This document shows, one piece after another, positions 38,365 through 48,941 of a stretch of 49,674 bases of DNA (its first letter is position 1; each line of letters starts with the position of its first letter). Both the position numbers and the translations under genes were made by a program. The stretch is from an uncultured Flavobacteriales bacterium. Lineage in GTDB: Bacteria; Bacteroidota; Bacteroidia; Flavobacteriales_D; Crocinitomicaceae. Below the pieces are notes generated by a model, which saw only the letters and a list, made by a program, of their open reading frames with translations, was not told where the DNA came from and searched no databases. Location of the stretch: NCBI GenBank assembly GCA_905182775.1, contig CAJJCU010000007.1, positions 1 through 49,674 on the forward strand, given 5' to 3'.

Positions 38365-39420
38365 ATGGCCGGACAGACGACACAATTAGATTCAAAAACA
38401 TTATGGGGTGGAAAGGAATCTCCTTTTCAAACGAGCTACGGAAAGTTAATGATGTGGTTTTTTCTGGTATCAGATGCCTTGACTTTTAGTGGCCTACTTG
38501 TTGCCTATGGCTTTGTAAGACATGATACGTTAGGAGCATGGCCAATTGGAGAAGAAACCTTTGATTCACTGCCTGGTTTAGGTCATGGTTACCCCCTAAT
38601 TTATGTCGCCTTGATGACCTTTATTTTGATTGTTTCTTCAGTTACAATGGTGCTCGCTGTTGAAGCGGGTCACCGAATGGATAAAAAAGGTGTAGTAAAA
38701 TGGATGTTCGCTACGGTTATTGGTGGGTTCTTCTTTTTGGGTTCTCAGGTATGGGAATGGAGTCACTTTATTCACGGTTCAGAATTTGGAAGAATCGAAT
38801 TAAGCGATGGTTCAGAAGCAATTGTTAAGGGACATTTTGGTGAAATAGAAAGCTTTACAGTTATGCAAGCTGGTTTGCATCATAAAAAAGGCGATGTTAT
38901 TAAAGATGATTTGATGCATACCTTTCAGCATGCAGCAGAAAACGGAGACATCAAAGCAGGTGGTCTTATTCACCTTCATGATGGATCGGTAGCTAAAATC
39001 AAAAAAGCACATGACCATGACATGGAGCTTACTATAAAGTATACCGCAGCAAAGTCCAAAAGAAAGATTGGCGATAAAATATCTGGAAAAGAAGCAGAGA
39101 AACAATACTACGCGTCATTATACAGTGGTATTCCTAAAGTGACTTACGGTGCTAAATGGTTTGAAGATGGAGAACATTGGTTGCCTACAAAAAATGAATA
39201 TGGGCCTCAACAATATGCTCATTTTTTCTTCTTCATTACTGGCTTTCATGGTTTCCATGTTTTCTCTGGAGTGATGATTAATATTTTGATTTTGTTTGGT
39301 GCCATGAAGGGCACTTACCATAAAAGAGGGCATTATGAAATCGTTGAAAAAACCGGACTTTATTGGCATTTTGTTGATTTAGTATGGGTATTTGTATTCA
39401 CCTTCTTTTACCTTGTATAA
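38365..39420 (+). CDS. Cytochrome c oxidase subunit III family protein (second of two) with a ~145-aa His-rich insertion
   Basis: GKLMMWFFLVSDALTFSGL, FFLGSQVWEW, FFFFITGFHGFHVFSGV and YWHFVDLVWVFVFTFFY are canonical CoxIII motifs. Confidence 0.8.
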   Translation: MAGQTTQLDSKTLWGGKESPFQTSYGKLMMWFFLVSDALTFSGLLVAYGFVRHDTLGAWPIGEETFDSLPGLGHGYPLIYVALMTFILIVSSVTMVLAVEAGHRMDKKGVVKWMFATVIGGFFFLGSQVWEWSHFIHGSEFGRIELSDGSEAIVKGHFGEIESFTVMQAGLHHKKGDVIKDDLMHTFQHAAENGDIKAGGLIHLHDGSVAKIKKAHDHDMELTIKYTAAKSKRKIGDKISGKEAEKQYYASLYSGIPKVTYGAKWFEDGEHWLPTKNEYGPQQYAHFFFFITGFHGFHVFSGVMINILILFGAMKGTYHKRGHYEIVEKTGLYWHFVDLVWVFVFTFFYLV

Positions 39421-39441
39421 TTTTAAAAAGACCTGAGCCGA

Positions 39442-39810
39442 ATGGAAAGAGATGATTTAATTGAATATTCTTTAGATACGCATCATTCTGAAGAAGAAGG
39501 AAAAAAGATTAGAAGTAAAATTGTAAAAGTCACCATCTTACTTACTTTAATCACCGTTATTGAGGTTGCACTTGGAGCCTTCATAAAGCAATCTGCTGAT
39601 TTTTGGCCTTTTGTTAAATGGACTTTTATTGTACTTACCTTATTAAAGGCAGGATACATTGTCATGGTATTCATGCACCTTGGAGACGAAAGAAAATGGA
39701 TGCGTAACGTCATCTTAATTCCTTATGCGACCTTTATCGCATACTTGATTTTCATAGCGCTGTGGGAAGCTCTTGCTGTAGGAGACGCTTGGTCATCAGT
39801 TGCCGCTTAA
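39442..39810 (+). CDS. Prokaryotic cytochrome c oxidase subunit IV family protein
   Basis: 122 aa with three TM helices. Its position directly after the CoxIII genes and its size fit the bacterial CoxIV family. Confidence 0.6.
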   Translation: MERDDLIEYSLDTHHSEEEGKKIRSKIVKVTILLTLITVIEVALGAFIKQSADFWPFVKWTFIVLTLLKAGYIVMVFMHLGDERKWMRNVILIPYATFIAYLIFIALWEALAVGDAWSSVAA

Positions 39811-39819
39811 CTGAAGCCC

Positions 39820-40467
39820 TTGTCGAAAAATAGATTCAATAAGTTTATTGGTTTTTTTCTTGTATTTGGCCCAGCCATGTTGCTCGTATTTATAGGCACA
39901 AGAAGTTGTGAGCATAAATTCGAAGAGCTCGATGACTACGGTCAGATGCCTTCATTTGAATTTACGGATGCTTTTGGTAATAACAGATCATCAGAAGAGT
40001 TTAAAGGAGAACTCTTACTAATCAATACGCTACAAAGTTCCTGTCCTGATAGTTGCTCAGTATTAATGTGGCACTTGAATCAAACTATCTATCAGCACGT
40101 ATGGAACAACAAAACGAAAAAAACGAAAAGAATTAGAATGATTTCGTTTCTTACGGATGGAAATGGAAACCCCGAAACGGATCTCTCTATTATCAATGCC
40201 GCTGTGAATGACCTCGCAGAGCACTATGACCCCTCAATTTGGATGATAGCAACTGGCGATGTCAAAAAAATATATGACATCAAAAGCAACGGTGTTAACC
40301 TCGTCGATAGCGGAGGAGACTTCCAAGAGCTCATGCTCCTTTTAGACAAAGAGCACCATTTAAGAATGGTTTTATCAGGGAAAGTTGAAGGGCAAATAAG
40401 AAGAATGAAGCAGAGTATGGCCCTACTTCAAAAACAATACGACAAAAAATCATCAACGAAAGAATGA
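39820..40467 (+). CDS. SCO-like thioredoxin-fold protein, degenerate paralog (CxxxC kept, copper-ligand His missing)
   Basis: TTG start with one N-terminal TM helix. It aligns with the downstream SCO protein: LINTLQSSCPDSCSV vs [15 protein letters not shown], and ISFLTD vs LSFSID. GGDFQELMLLLD replaces [12 protein letters not shown]. Confidence 0.6.
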   Translation: MSKNRFNKFIGFFLVFGPAMLLVFIGTRSCEHKFEELDDYGQMPSFEFTDAFGNNRSSEEFKGELLLINTLQSSCPDSCSVLMWHLNQTIYQHVWNNKTKKTKRIRMISFLTDGNGNPETDLSIINAAVNDLAEHYDPSIWMIATGDVKKIYDIKSNGVNLVDSGGDFQELMLLLDKEHHLRMVLSGKVEGQIRRMKQSMALLQKQYDKKSSTKE

Positions 40468-41141
40468 TGCGCTTTTTTCCACTCTTTTTATTACTCATTC
40501 TATGTGCTTGTTCGGATGATGAATCAAAAGTCAAGCTTCCCTACATCGGACATTACGACCTTGAGTATAGTACTAAAGACGGTATAAAACTTGTTGATAC
40601 GGTTTACCAACCAATTCTTGATTTCTCTTATCTCAATCAAGATTCTATATCGGTATCGAATGCCACTTACAAAAACAAGATTTGGATTACCGAATTCTTT
40701 TTTGCGACCTGCCCAACGATTTGTCCCATAATGAATGGTGAAATGAAACGACTTCAGGAAATGATTCAAGAGATTGATAGTGATTCAAGAGTACAATTTC
40801 TATCCTTTTCTATAGACCCAAAAAAAGACAGCCCCGCAGCACTAAAACAGTACAAACGCCGTTATTGTAAAGACTGCGAAAACTGGGACTTTTTAACAGG
40901 CGACGAAGCGTTTACCCATCGCTTAGGTATTGAAAGCTTTAAAGTATTTGCAGGTAGAGAAGAACAAGCAGAGGGTGGATATGCTCACTCGGGTGCATTT
41001 TCTTTGGTAGACCCTGATGGGTTCTTAAGAGGCGTCTATAACATAACAGATTTCGATGGAATCGTAAACAATAAGGAATCCCAACGGTTAATTAAAGACT
41101 TACACTTACTTATAGAGAACACAAGTGTCAAAACAAATTGA
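40464..41141 (+). CDS. SCO/SenC-family copper chaperone, lipoprotein
   Basis: Lipobox LLILCAC. CPTIC (CxxxC). [14 protein letters not shown] (conserved His). ATGA start/stop overlap with the upstream gene. Confidence 0.85.
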   Translation: MMRFFPLFLLLILCACSDDESKVKLPYIGHYDLEYSTKDGIKLVDTVYQPILDFSYLNQDSISVSNATYKNKIWITEFFFATCPTICPIMNGEMKRLQEMIQEIDSDSRVQFLSFSIDPKKDSPAALKQYKRRYCKDCENWDFLTGDEAFTHRLGIESFKVFAGREEQAEGGYAHSGAFSLVDPDGFLRGVYNITDFDGIVNNKESQRLIKDLHLLIENTSVKTN

Positions 41142-42474
41142 ATACATAGAAGAGCAATTGAACCCGTTAAGGGATAAGCTAAAAAACCATAGCCTATATG
41201 ATCATTTGCAAAGTATTGAAGACGTTAAAATCTTTATGTCTATGCACGTATTTGCTGTTTGGGATTTCATGTCTCTATTAAAGGCTTTGCAGATTCAGTT
41301 AACAACAACAACAATTCCTTGGACACCAAAACCCAAAGCCTCTTTGGCTAGGTTTATTAATGAGATCGTTCATGGTGAGGAGAGTGATATCAATGAATTA
41401 GGTGAGCCAAAAAGTCATTTTGAAATGTACATTGAGTCTATGGAGCAGATCGGTGCAGACTCCAATGAAGTAAGAATCCTGGTGCAAAAAATAGAAAATG
41501 GAGTTGGGATCATGGAAGCTCTTGAGGCGGCAAATATCGATCCTTCTGTTAAAGATTTCGTTCGCTTTTCTTTTGAGGTGATTGACTCCGGAAAAGGCCA
41601 CTGCATTGCTGCTGCTTTCACTTTTGGGCGTGAGGATTTAATACCTGACATGTTCATTGAAATTTTAAAGCAGGCGGACACGAAAAACACCTTGTATAAT
41701 AAGCTTCGGTATTATTTAGACAGGCACATAGAATTAGATGGCGATGAGCACGGGCCCCTTTCACTTCAAATGGTAGAGGAGCTGTGTGAAAATGACAGTA
41801 CTAAAACCCTAGAGGTCCTTGAAACATCGAAAAAAGCCCTTCAACACAGAATCAATTTATGGGATGGAATCCAGTCCAAAATTGTTGCTCAAAAAGGAAG
41901 AGTACAACGCATTGGGCCTAAGCCAAACAAAAAACTTGATAAAGCAATTCTTGCCGTTTCTATCGTCATTCCTTTAGCCGTGGCTATTCTTTTTGGCGTA
42001 AAGATTGAAGGGCTTGACTTTTCTTTTTTACCCCCAATCTACGCAGGATTAAATGGCTTGACTGCTGTGGGACTTATAGCCGCACTTGCTGCTATTAAAT
42101 TAAAAAACAAGGCCATACATCAAAAGATCATTCAGCTGTGCCTACTTAGCTCTATTCTTTTCTTATTGCTCTATGTTCTATACCATATGACTTCTAGTTC
42201 AACTAAGTATGGAGACCTTAATGGAAATGGGATTCTAGAAGCAGCTGAGCAACTTCAAATTGCAAGCACACAAACGCTATATTATGTGATTTTGATTTCA
42301 CATATTTTTTTAAGCCTTGTCGTAATTCCAATGGTTTTGTTTACCTATAAATTTGCTTGGGAAGGAGATTTTGTGAAGCACAAAAAATGGACTCGATTTG
42401 CATTCCCAATATGGTTATATGTAGCTATTACCGGTGTGGTTGTCTTTTTTATGATTTCGCCTTATTATTCCTAG
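41125..42474 (+). CDS. Fusion protein: N-terminal DUF3050 (heme-oxygenase-like fold) + C-terminal DUF420/CtaM-like four-helix membrane domain
   Basis: GTG start overlapping the SCO gene by 17 nt. N-terminal part: HSLYDHL...[35 protein letters not shown]-terminal part: [81 protein letters not shown]. Confidence 0.7.
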   Translation: MSKQIEYIEEQLNPLRDKLKNHSLYDHLQSIEDVKIFMSMHVFAVWDFMSLLKALQIQLTTTTIPWTPKPKASLARFINEIVHGEESDINELGEPKSHFEMYIESMEQIGADSNEVRILVQKIENGVGIMEALEAANIDPSVKDFVRFSFEVIDSGKGHCIAAAFTFGREDLIPDMFIEILKQADTKNTLYNKLRYYLDRHIELDGDEHGPLSLQMVEELCENDSTKTLEVLETSKKALQHRINLWDGIQSKIVAQKGRVQRIGPKPNKKLDKAILAVSIVIPLAVAILFGVKIEGLDFSFLPPIYAGLNGLTAVGLIAALAAIKLKNKAIHQKIIQLCLLSSILFLLLYVLYHMTSSSTKYGDLNGNGILEAAEQLQIASTQTLYYVILISHIFLSLVVIPMVLFTYKFAWEGDFVKHKKWTRFAFPIWLYVAITGVVVFFMISPYYS

Positions 42475-42478
42475 CTAC

Positions 42479-43621
42479 TTACTTAATAAGAATCTCAACA
42501 CGCCTATTGGCCTCTTTTTCCATTTCGTTCTGAGGTAATTTATAAACCGGATTTGAAAACCCAAAACCTTTTGCACTCAGTCTTTTAGAAGATATGCCAG
42601 CCGATATTAGGTGTCGAACAATTTCTTTTGCGCGCTTTTTTGAAAGCCTCTTTGAACTAAATCTTTGGGTACCATCTCCATTTACGTGACCTTGTATTTC
42701 AATATTTACTCCTGCATTTACCAATAAAAAATCGCGCAATCGATTCAGCTTTGGCCCCGACTCTTCAAGAATATCAGAAAGACCTGCTGAGAAGTAAATC
42801 TCATCAATTTTAGCGACCGCCCCTCTTACTAAGGGCTTCAATAAAATGGTGTCATTTAAACCGTTTTTTACTAAAATAGAATGCGCTGCATTGTCAAATG
42901 AAAAATAACCCTCTGCATCTACCTTAAGTTCACAAATCTTGATGTTCTTTCGAATATTTAGAATTAAGTCGCTTGCTACATAAGCCCCATCAATATCGTT
43001 TGAACCCGTAAGAGATATTTTACTTTTTACTGGTCTTTTAGTGATTCCATCTCTGATATGAAGTTCATATTCCAAAGCACCATGATGCGAGCTAAGGTCA
43101 AACATTAAAGAGTCTATAATTTCATTCCCGTATTTATCCTGAGGAGAAAAATCAAAAGAGAATTCTAAAGAATCTTTGACACCATCATCAGCCATTAACA
43201 ATACGGCATACCTCAATGCTTCTTCAGTAAATAAAAATGCCGAGCCAAGGTCTGTAGTGCTCGGTTCTGAAAAGATCAGCTTTGCTTTTTTTGCATTTAA
43301 CTCATCACATAGATCCCCCCCTTTTTCCTTGAATATATAAGTGTGAAAAGGAGTCTTCGTGTTTTTAATATTGAGACTTAACAAGCCTGATGAGGGCGGG
43401 TCAAAAAACAACCAAATTTGATTTTTTGTAACCTCAATCGTTTTTTCATAACCATATAAATTCTTCTTATCTATTCCTTTTTTTCCCTGAAAAGAAAGCG
43501 AATAAAAATTATTCGGAGAAAGTGAAATCCCACCCGTGCATTTGGTATACCCCATTTCTTGAGTCCATGATTGACTAAAGAAGCAGAGAAATAAAAACAA
43601 AATGTATGTTTTTTTACTCAT
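42479..43621 (-). CDS. OmpA-family protein (unassigned N-terminal domains + C-terminal OmpA-like peptidoglycan-binding domain)
   Basis: Signal peptide. C-terminus IEIQGHVNGDG...SKKRAKEIVRHLISAGISSKRLSAKGFGFSNP...ANRRVEILI. Confidence 0.8.
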   Translation of the reverse strand: MSKKTYILFLFLCFFSQSWTQEMGYTKCTGGISLSPNNFYSLSFQGKKGIDKKNLYGYEKTIEVTKNQIWLFFDPPSSGLLSLNIKNTKTPFHTYIFKEKGGDLCDELNAKKAKLIFSEPSTTDLGSAFLFTEEALRYAVLLMADDGVKDSLEFSFDFSPQDKYGNEIIDSLMFDLSSHHGALEYELHIRDGITKRPVKSKISLTGSNDIDGAYVASDLILNIRKNIKICELKVDAEGYFSFDNAAHSILVKNGLNDTILLKPLVRGAVAKIDEIYFSAGLSDILEESGPKLNRLRDFLLVNAGVNIEIQGHVNGDGTQRFSSKRLSKKRAKEIVRHLISAGISSKRLSAKGFGFSNPVYKLPQNEMEKEANRRVEILIK

Positions 43622-43624
43622 TAT

Positions 43625-45022
43625 TTATTCTATTCCAACTGTTAAAGAACCTGTCAGGCTTGCCCGAACATATAAATGGGAATCACTCAATAAAATATCC
43701 CTAACCCTTAACTCGTCGAGCTTTCCCTTTACATGAACACCTGAAGCAAGCTCTCCATTTAATTTGCTTTCCAATGTGCTACGTAAAGAATTTAGTTTAG
43801 TGGACATGTCTATTTGTGCCTTTTGTTCTATCTCTTTTTTAATTTTATTTCCAAGAAGCCATTTTGCTGACTTCAATAATAATGCCTTTGTCTTTATGTC
43901 AAAATCAACCTCTGTTAACGAAAGTGTTTGCGTTTCGCTATTCATTACTGGGCGACAAACCAAATAAAGTGTTCCTTTTCGAAAGCCTTCAAAATCTAAT
44001 CTCAATATAAGTTTATTAGATTGACTTCCAATGATCCTAATCTCACGAACGATTACTTGCTTTCCTTTCACAGATATCACTTCGCTCTTAAAGGTTCTTT
44101 GAAGTATAGACGTTAAAGAGTCGTATCTGGCTGCAAGGTCAGCCATAATTTCAAACCCATCCCCTCTTTTTTCATTACTCATTTCCCTCAAAGGCACATA
44201 TGGAGAAGGTGTTTTCTCGCTGCTTATAACTGGAGAAAAGAATAAGCTTAAAGAGAATTTAGCAATATTGCCCTTGTAGCTAAGCGGAGTAGCAGAGAAA
44301 GAGATTGGATTGATCTGAAAAAAACCATATGAATCTAATCCTATTGGCTTCTGTAGTTCCTTCCAAGCTGCCTCTATTTTAGAACGTGTATCTGTCGCTG
44401 CTAAATCTTTATCGATCCCTTTCTGCAAGGTTTTTAATTCTTTTTCGATTTCTGCTTGAACCCGATCTGTAACATCGTAATTAAAGAACGTGATTTCACA
44501 AGGGTCTTGAATAGTAAATGCTTTAAGTTTTGTTTTAGCAGTCAATCGATAATCCTTGCTTAAACCAAGACTTGTGAGGTAGCTCATTTCATACCTCCGT
44601 CTTTTTTCATTGATCCCGCATGATCCATAAATCCTTGGAACCGTGCAAGACTCTTTGCCGCTCCATAGCGTAATACATAAAGGACAATAGCTTAAATCTA
44701 AGGAGAAGTCTCCTCGAATTTTTGTTTCGAGTTGTGTAGGTCGGGTGGAAAAAAGAATAGGGCTGCGGTAAAACTTATAATCATAGCTGACCCCTTCGCA
44801 TATCGATGACTTTCCACTAAAGTTTAATGGCGTGTTCTTTTCTGCCTTATCAAACAAAGAAGACATATTGAATTCTAAATCTATATTCAGGCGAGAAACT
44901 ATGGGCTCAATCTTATCCCTTTTATCAGAATAAAGCGCAGGAACTACGGGCGCTATCGTCCTGCAAGAAGACAAAGCTAAAAGCAACAGGACACAATTAA
45001 TAATTGTCATTTTACCTAACAT
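43625..45022 (-). CDS. DUF4403-like lipoprotein
   Basis: Lipobox LLLALSSC. 465 aa. The overall pattern resembles DUF4403, from memory only. Lies 3 nt upstream of the OmpA-family gene. Confidence 0.45.
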   Translation of the reverse strand: MLGKMTIINCVLLLLALSSCRTIAPVVPALYSDKRDKIEPIVSRLNIDLEFNMSSLFDKAEKNTPLNFSGKSSICEGVSYDYKFYRSPILFSTRPTQLETKIRGDFSLDLSYCPLCITLWSGKESCTVPRIYGSCGINEKRRRYEMSYLTSLGLSKDYRLTAKTKLKAFTIQDPCEITFFNYDVTDRVQAEIEKELKTLQKGIDKDLAATDTRSKIEAAWKELQKPIGLDSYGFFQINPISFSATPLSYKGNIAKFSLSLFFSPVISSEKTPSPYVPLREMSNEKRGDGFEIMADLAARYDSLTSILQRTFKSEVISVKGKQVIVREIRIIGSQSNKLILRLDFEGFRKGTLYLVCRPVMNSETQTLSLTEVDFDIKTKALLLKSAKWLLGNKIKKEIEQKAQIDMSTKLNSLRSTLESKLNGELASGVHVKGKLDELRVRDILLSDSHLYVRASLTGSLTVGIE

Positions 45023-45135
45023 ACACGGTTGTGATAAAGAGTCTGACTAAATTAATTGAAATTTTTAGATCGATGCGCAAGGGAATACACAAAAAAATAG
45101 AGTGCTGTTGCACTATGTAACTTCCTGAGAATAGT

Positions 45136-47403
<2,268 letters not shown>

Positions 47404-47445
47404 TTATTCTAGCGCGATAGACTCTCTATATCTTCTTATTTTACT

Positions 47446-47453
47446 TAACTTTG
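47446..47453 (+). promoter_or_regulatory. -7 promoter box TAACTTTG
   Basis: Exact TAnnTTTG match, 6 nt upstream of ATG 47460. It overlaps the ORF-track TTG start at 47451. Confidence 0.4.
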
Positions 47454-47459
47454 GATATC

Positions 47460-48926
47460 ATGCTAATAACTCGGGACGCTAAAATTAATTACCTCAACAT
47501 TGGTCTCATGCTCATGAGTGCCGTGTTTGCATTCCTGATGCCTTTCGAGACATTTCTATTTGCCTATGCCTTTCTTGGGCCTTTGCACTACCTAACAGAA
47601 ATCAGTTGGCTACATGACAAGCAATATTTTACCAAAGGGAAATACGATTTTACTTTTTTATTAATTATTGGCGTGGTTCTTTCAATTGCAGCCTTTGCAA
47701 ATGACTTTAAGTTTTTAAACTTTGATCTTTCCCCACCATTGGTTGACGTAAAAACGGATTTTGTCTCATGGTACTACAGTATGAGTATCGGTGACATTTC
47801 AATTATGTTGGCACTTTTCAGCGCCGTTCTCTTTGTCTTATTTAAAAACATCAAACTGAAGCTGGCATCTATTTTAATCCTGTATGTCATTGTCTATTTC
47901 TCATTTAACCTCGACATGGATTTATTGGGAATATTTATCCTATTGGCGCTATTTAGCGCTGCTTTATTTGTCTTTGTAAAAAACGTCTATATAAAACTTG
48001 CCTGTATCGCTTTACTGTATTTTGGCATCTATTATAATTACAACGCCGATTGGTTTGGTTTAGATACAGAATTCTTGACCCAAGAAGATGTTTCTGCAGC
48101 CAAATCAGAAAAGAATCAATTCAAGAACAGCTCGGTCATCTTTGCATTAACTTCATTAGTTCCAACCTTGATTCATGTCTATGTTTTCACTGGCTTATTT
48201 ATGCTCTTTGGAGCACTAAAATCAAGAAGTAAAACAGGACTCTTATCTATTGCTTTCTTTATTGGAATCCCTCTTCTTTTGGTTTTTTCTTTACCCGTGA
48301 AAAGTGAAGGGAATTACCTTTCTAACTACGGGAAAGAAGCCTATTACGCAGACGGAACCGGTTTTTTCAATACCAACGTAAGTATAATGAGGCAATTCGA
48401 GCTTTCAAAAAACATGTCAAATAATGATTATATCGATTACTTCGTAAAGGATTCGGTGGAGAAGCAACGAATGAAGGTTATGTTCAAGGATAGCTTGAAT
48501 AAGGATTTCATTATTCAGAATGAAGAGCACCCCTATTACCTAAAGCCTATTGCTTTGGCGGATGTTAAACAGGGTAGCTATAAAGACAATTGGTGGTCCG
48601 CAGTTTTCCTATCCAGTGCTGGACTCATGTTAATGCGTTTTATTGCTTTTGCTTATTTATACCATTATTTAAATTGGTTCAGTAAAACAGAAATCATACG
48701 CTGGCATAAAGTGCCCAAAGTTCGTTTTATTGGTGTGGTCACACTATGGATTATCTCCTGTGGGTTATACGTATATGATTATGCTATAGGCCTAAGCTTT
48801 TTATTCTTCTTAAGTTTCACACATGTATTGCTTGAATTCCCCTTGAACATCACATCCATTATTGGCATCGGAAAGGAAACAAGGTCTATCCTTAAAAATG
48901 GATTTTCTAAAAAACAGCCCAACTAA
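47460..48926 (+). CDS. Polytopic membrane protein of unknown function with an internal tandem duplication
   Basis: About 488 aa with at least 10 hydrophobic helices. A ~110-aa hydrophilic segment covers about residues 290-400. His-containing motifs lie in or next to helices (GPLHYLTE, LYHYLNWF, FTHVLLEFPLN). Confidence 0.6.
   Translation: MLITRDAKINYLNIGLMLMSAVFAFLMPFETFLFAYAFLGPLHYLTEISWLHDKQYFTKGKYDFTFLLIIGVVLSIAAFANDFKFLNFDLSPPLVDVKTDFVSWYYSMSIGDISIMLALFSAVLFVLFKNIKLKLASILILYVIVYFSFNLDMDLLGIFILLALFSAALFVFVKNVYIKLACIALLYFGIYYNYNADWFGLDTEFLTQEDVSAAKSEKNQFKNSSVIFALTSLVPTLIHVYVFTGLFMLFGALKSRSKTGLLSIAFFIGIPLLLVFSLPVKSEGNYLSNYGKEAYYADGTGFFNTNVSIMRQFELSKNMSNNDYIDYFVKDSVEKQRMKVMFKDSLNKDFIIQNEEHPYYLKPIALADVKQGSYKDNWWSAVFLSSAGLMLMRFIAFAYLYHYLNWFSKTEIIRWHKVPKVRFIGVVTLWIISCGLYVYDYAIGLSFLFFLSFTHVLLEFPLNITSIIGIGKETRSILKNGFSKKQPN
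47796..48053 (+). repeat. Intragenic tandem duplication (two ~42-44 codon copies, each encoding a helical hairpin)
   Basis: ISIMLALFSAVLFVLFKNIKLKLASILILYVIVYFSFNLDMD vs LGIFILLALFSAALFVFVKNVYIKLACIALLYFGIYYNYNADW. The similarity is also visible at the DNA level. Confidence 0.75.
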
Positions 48927-48941
48927 AACCAATTATCAAAG

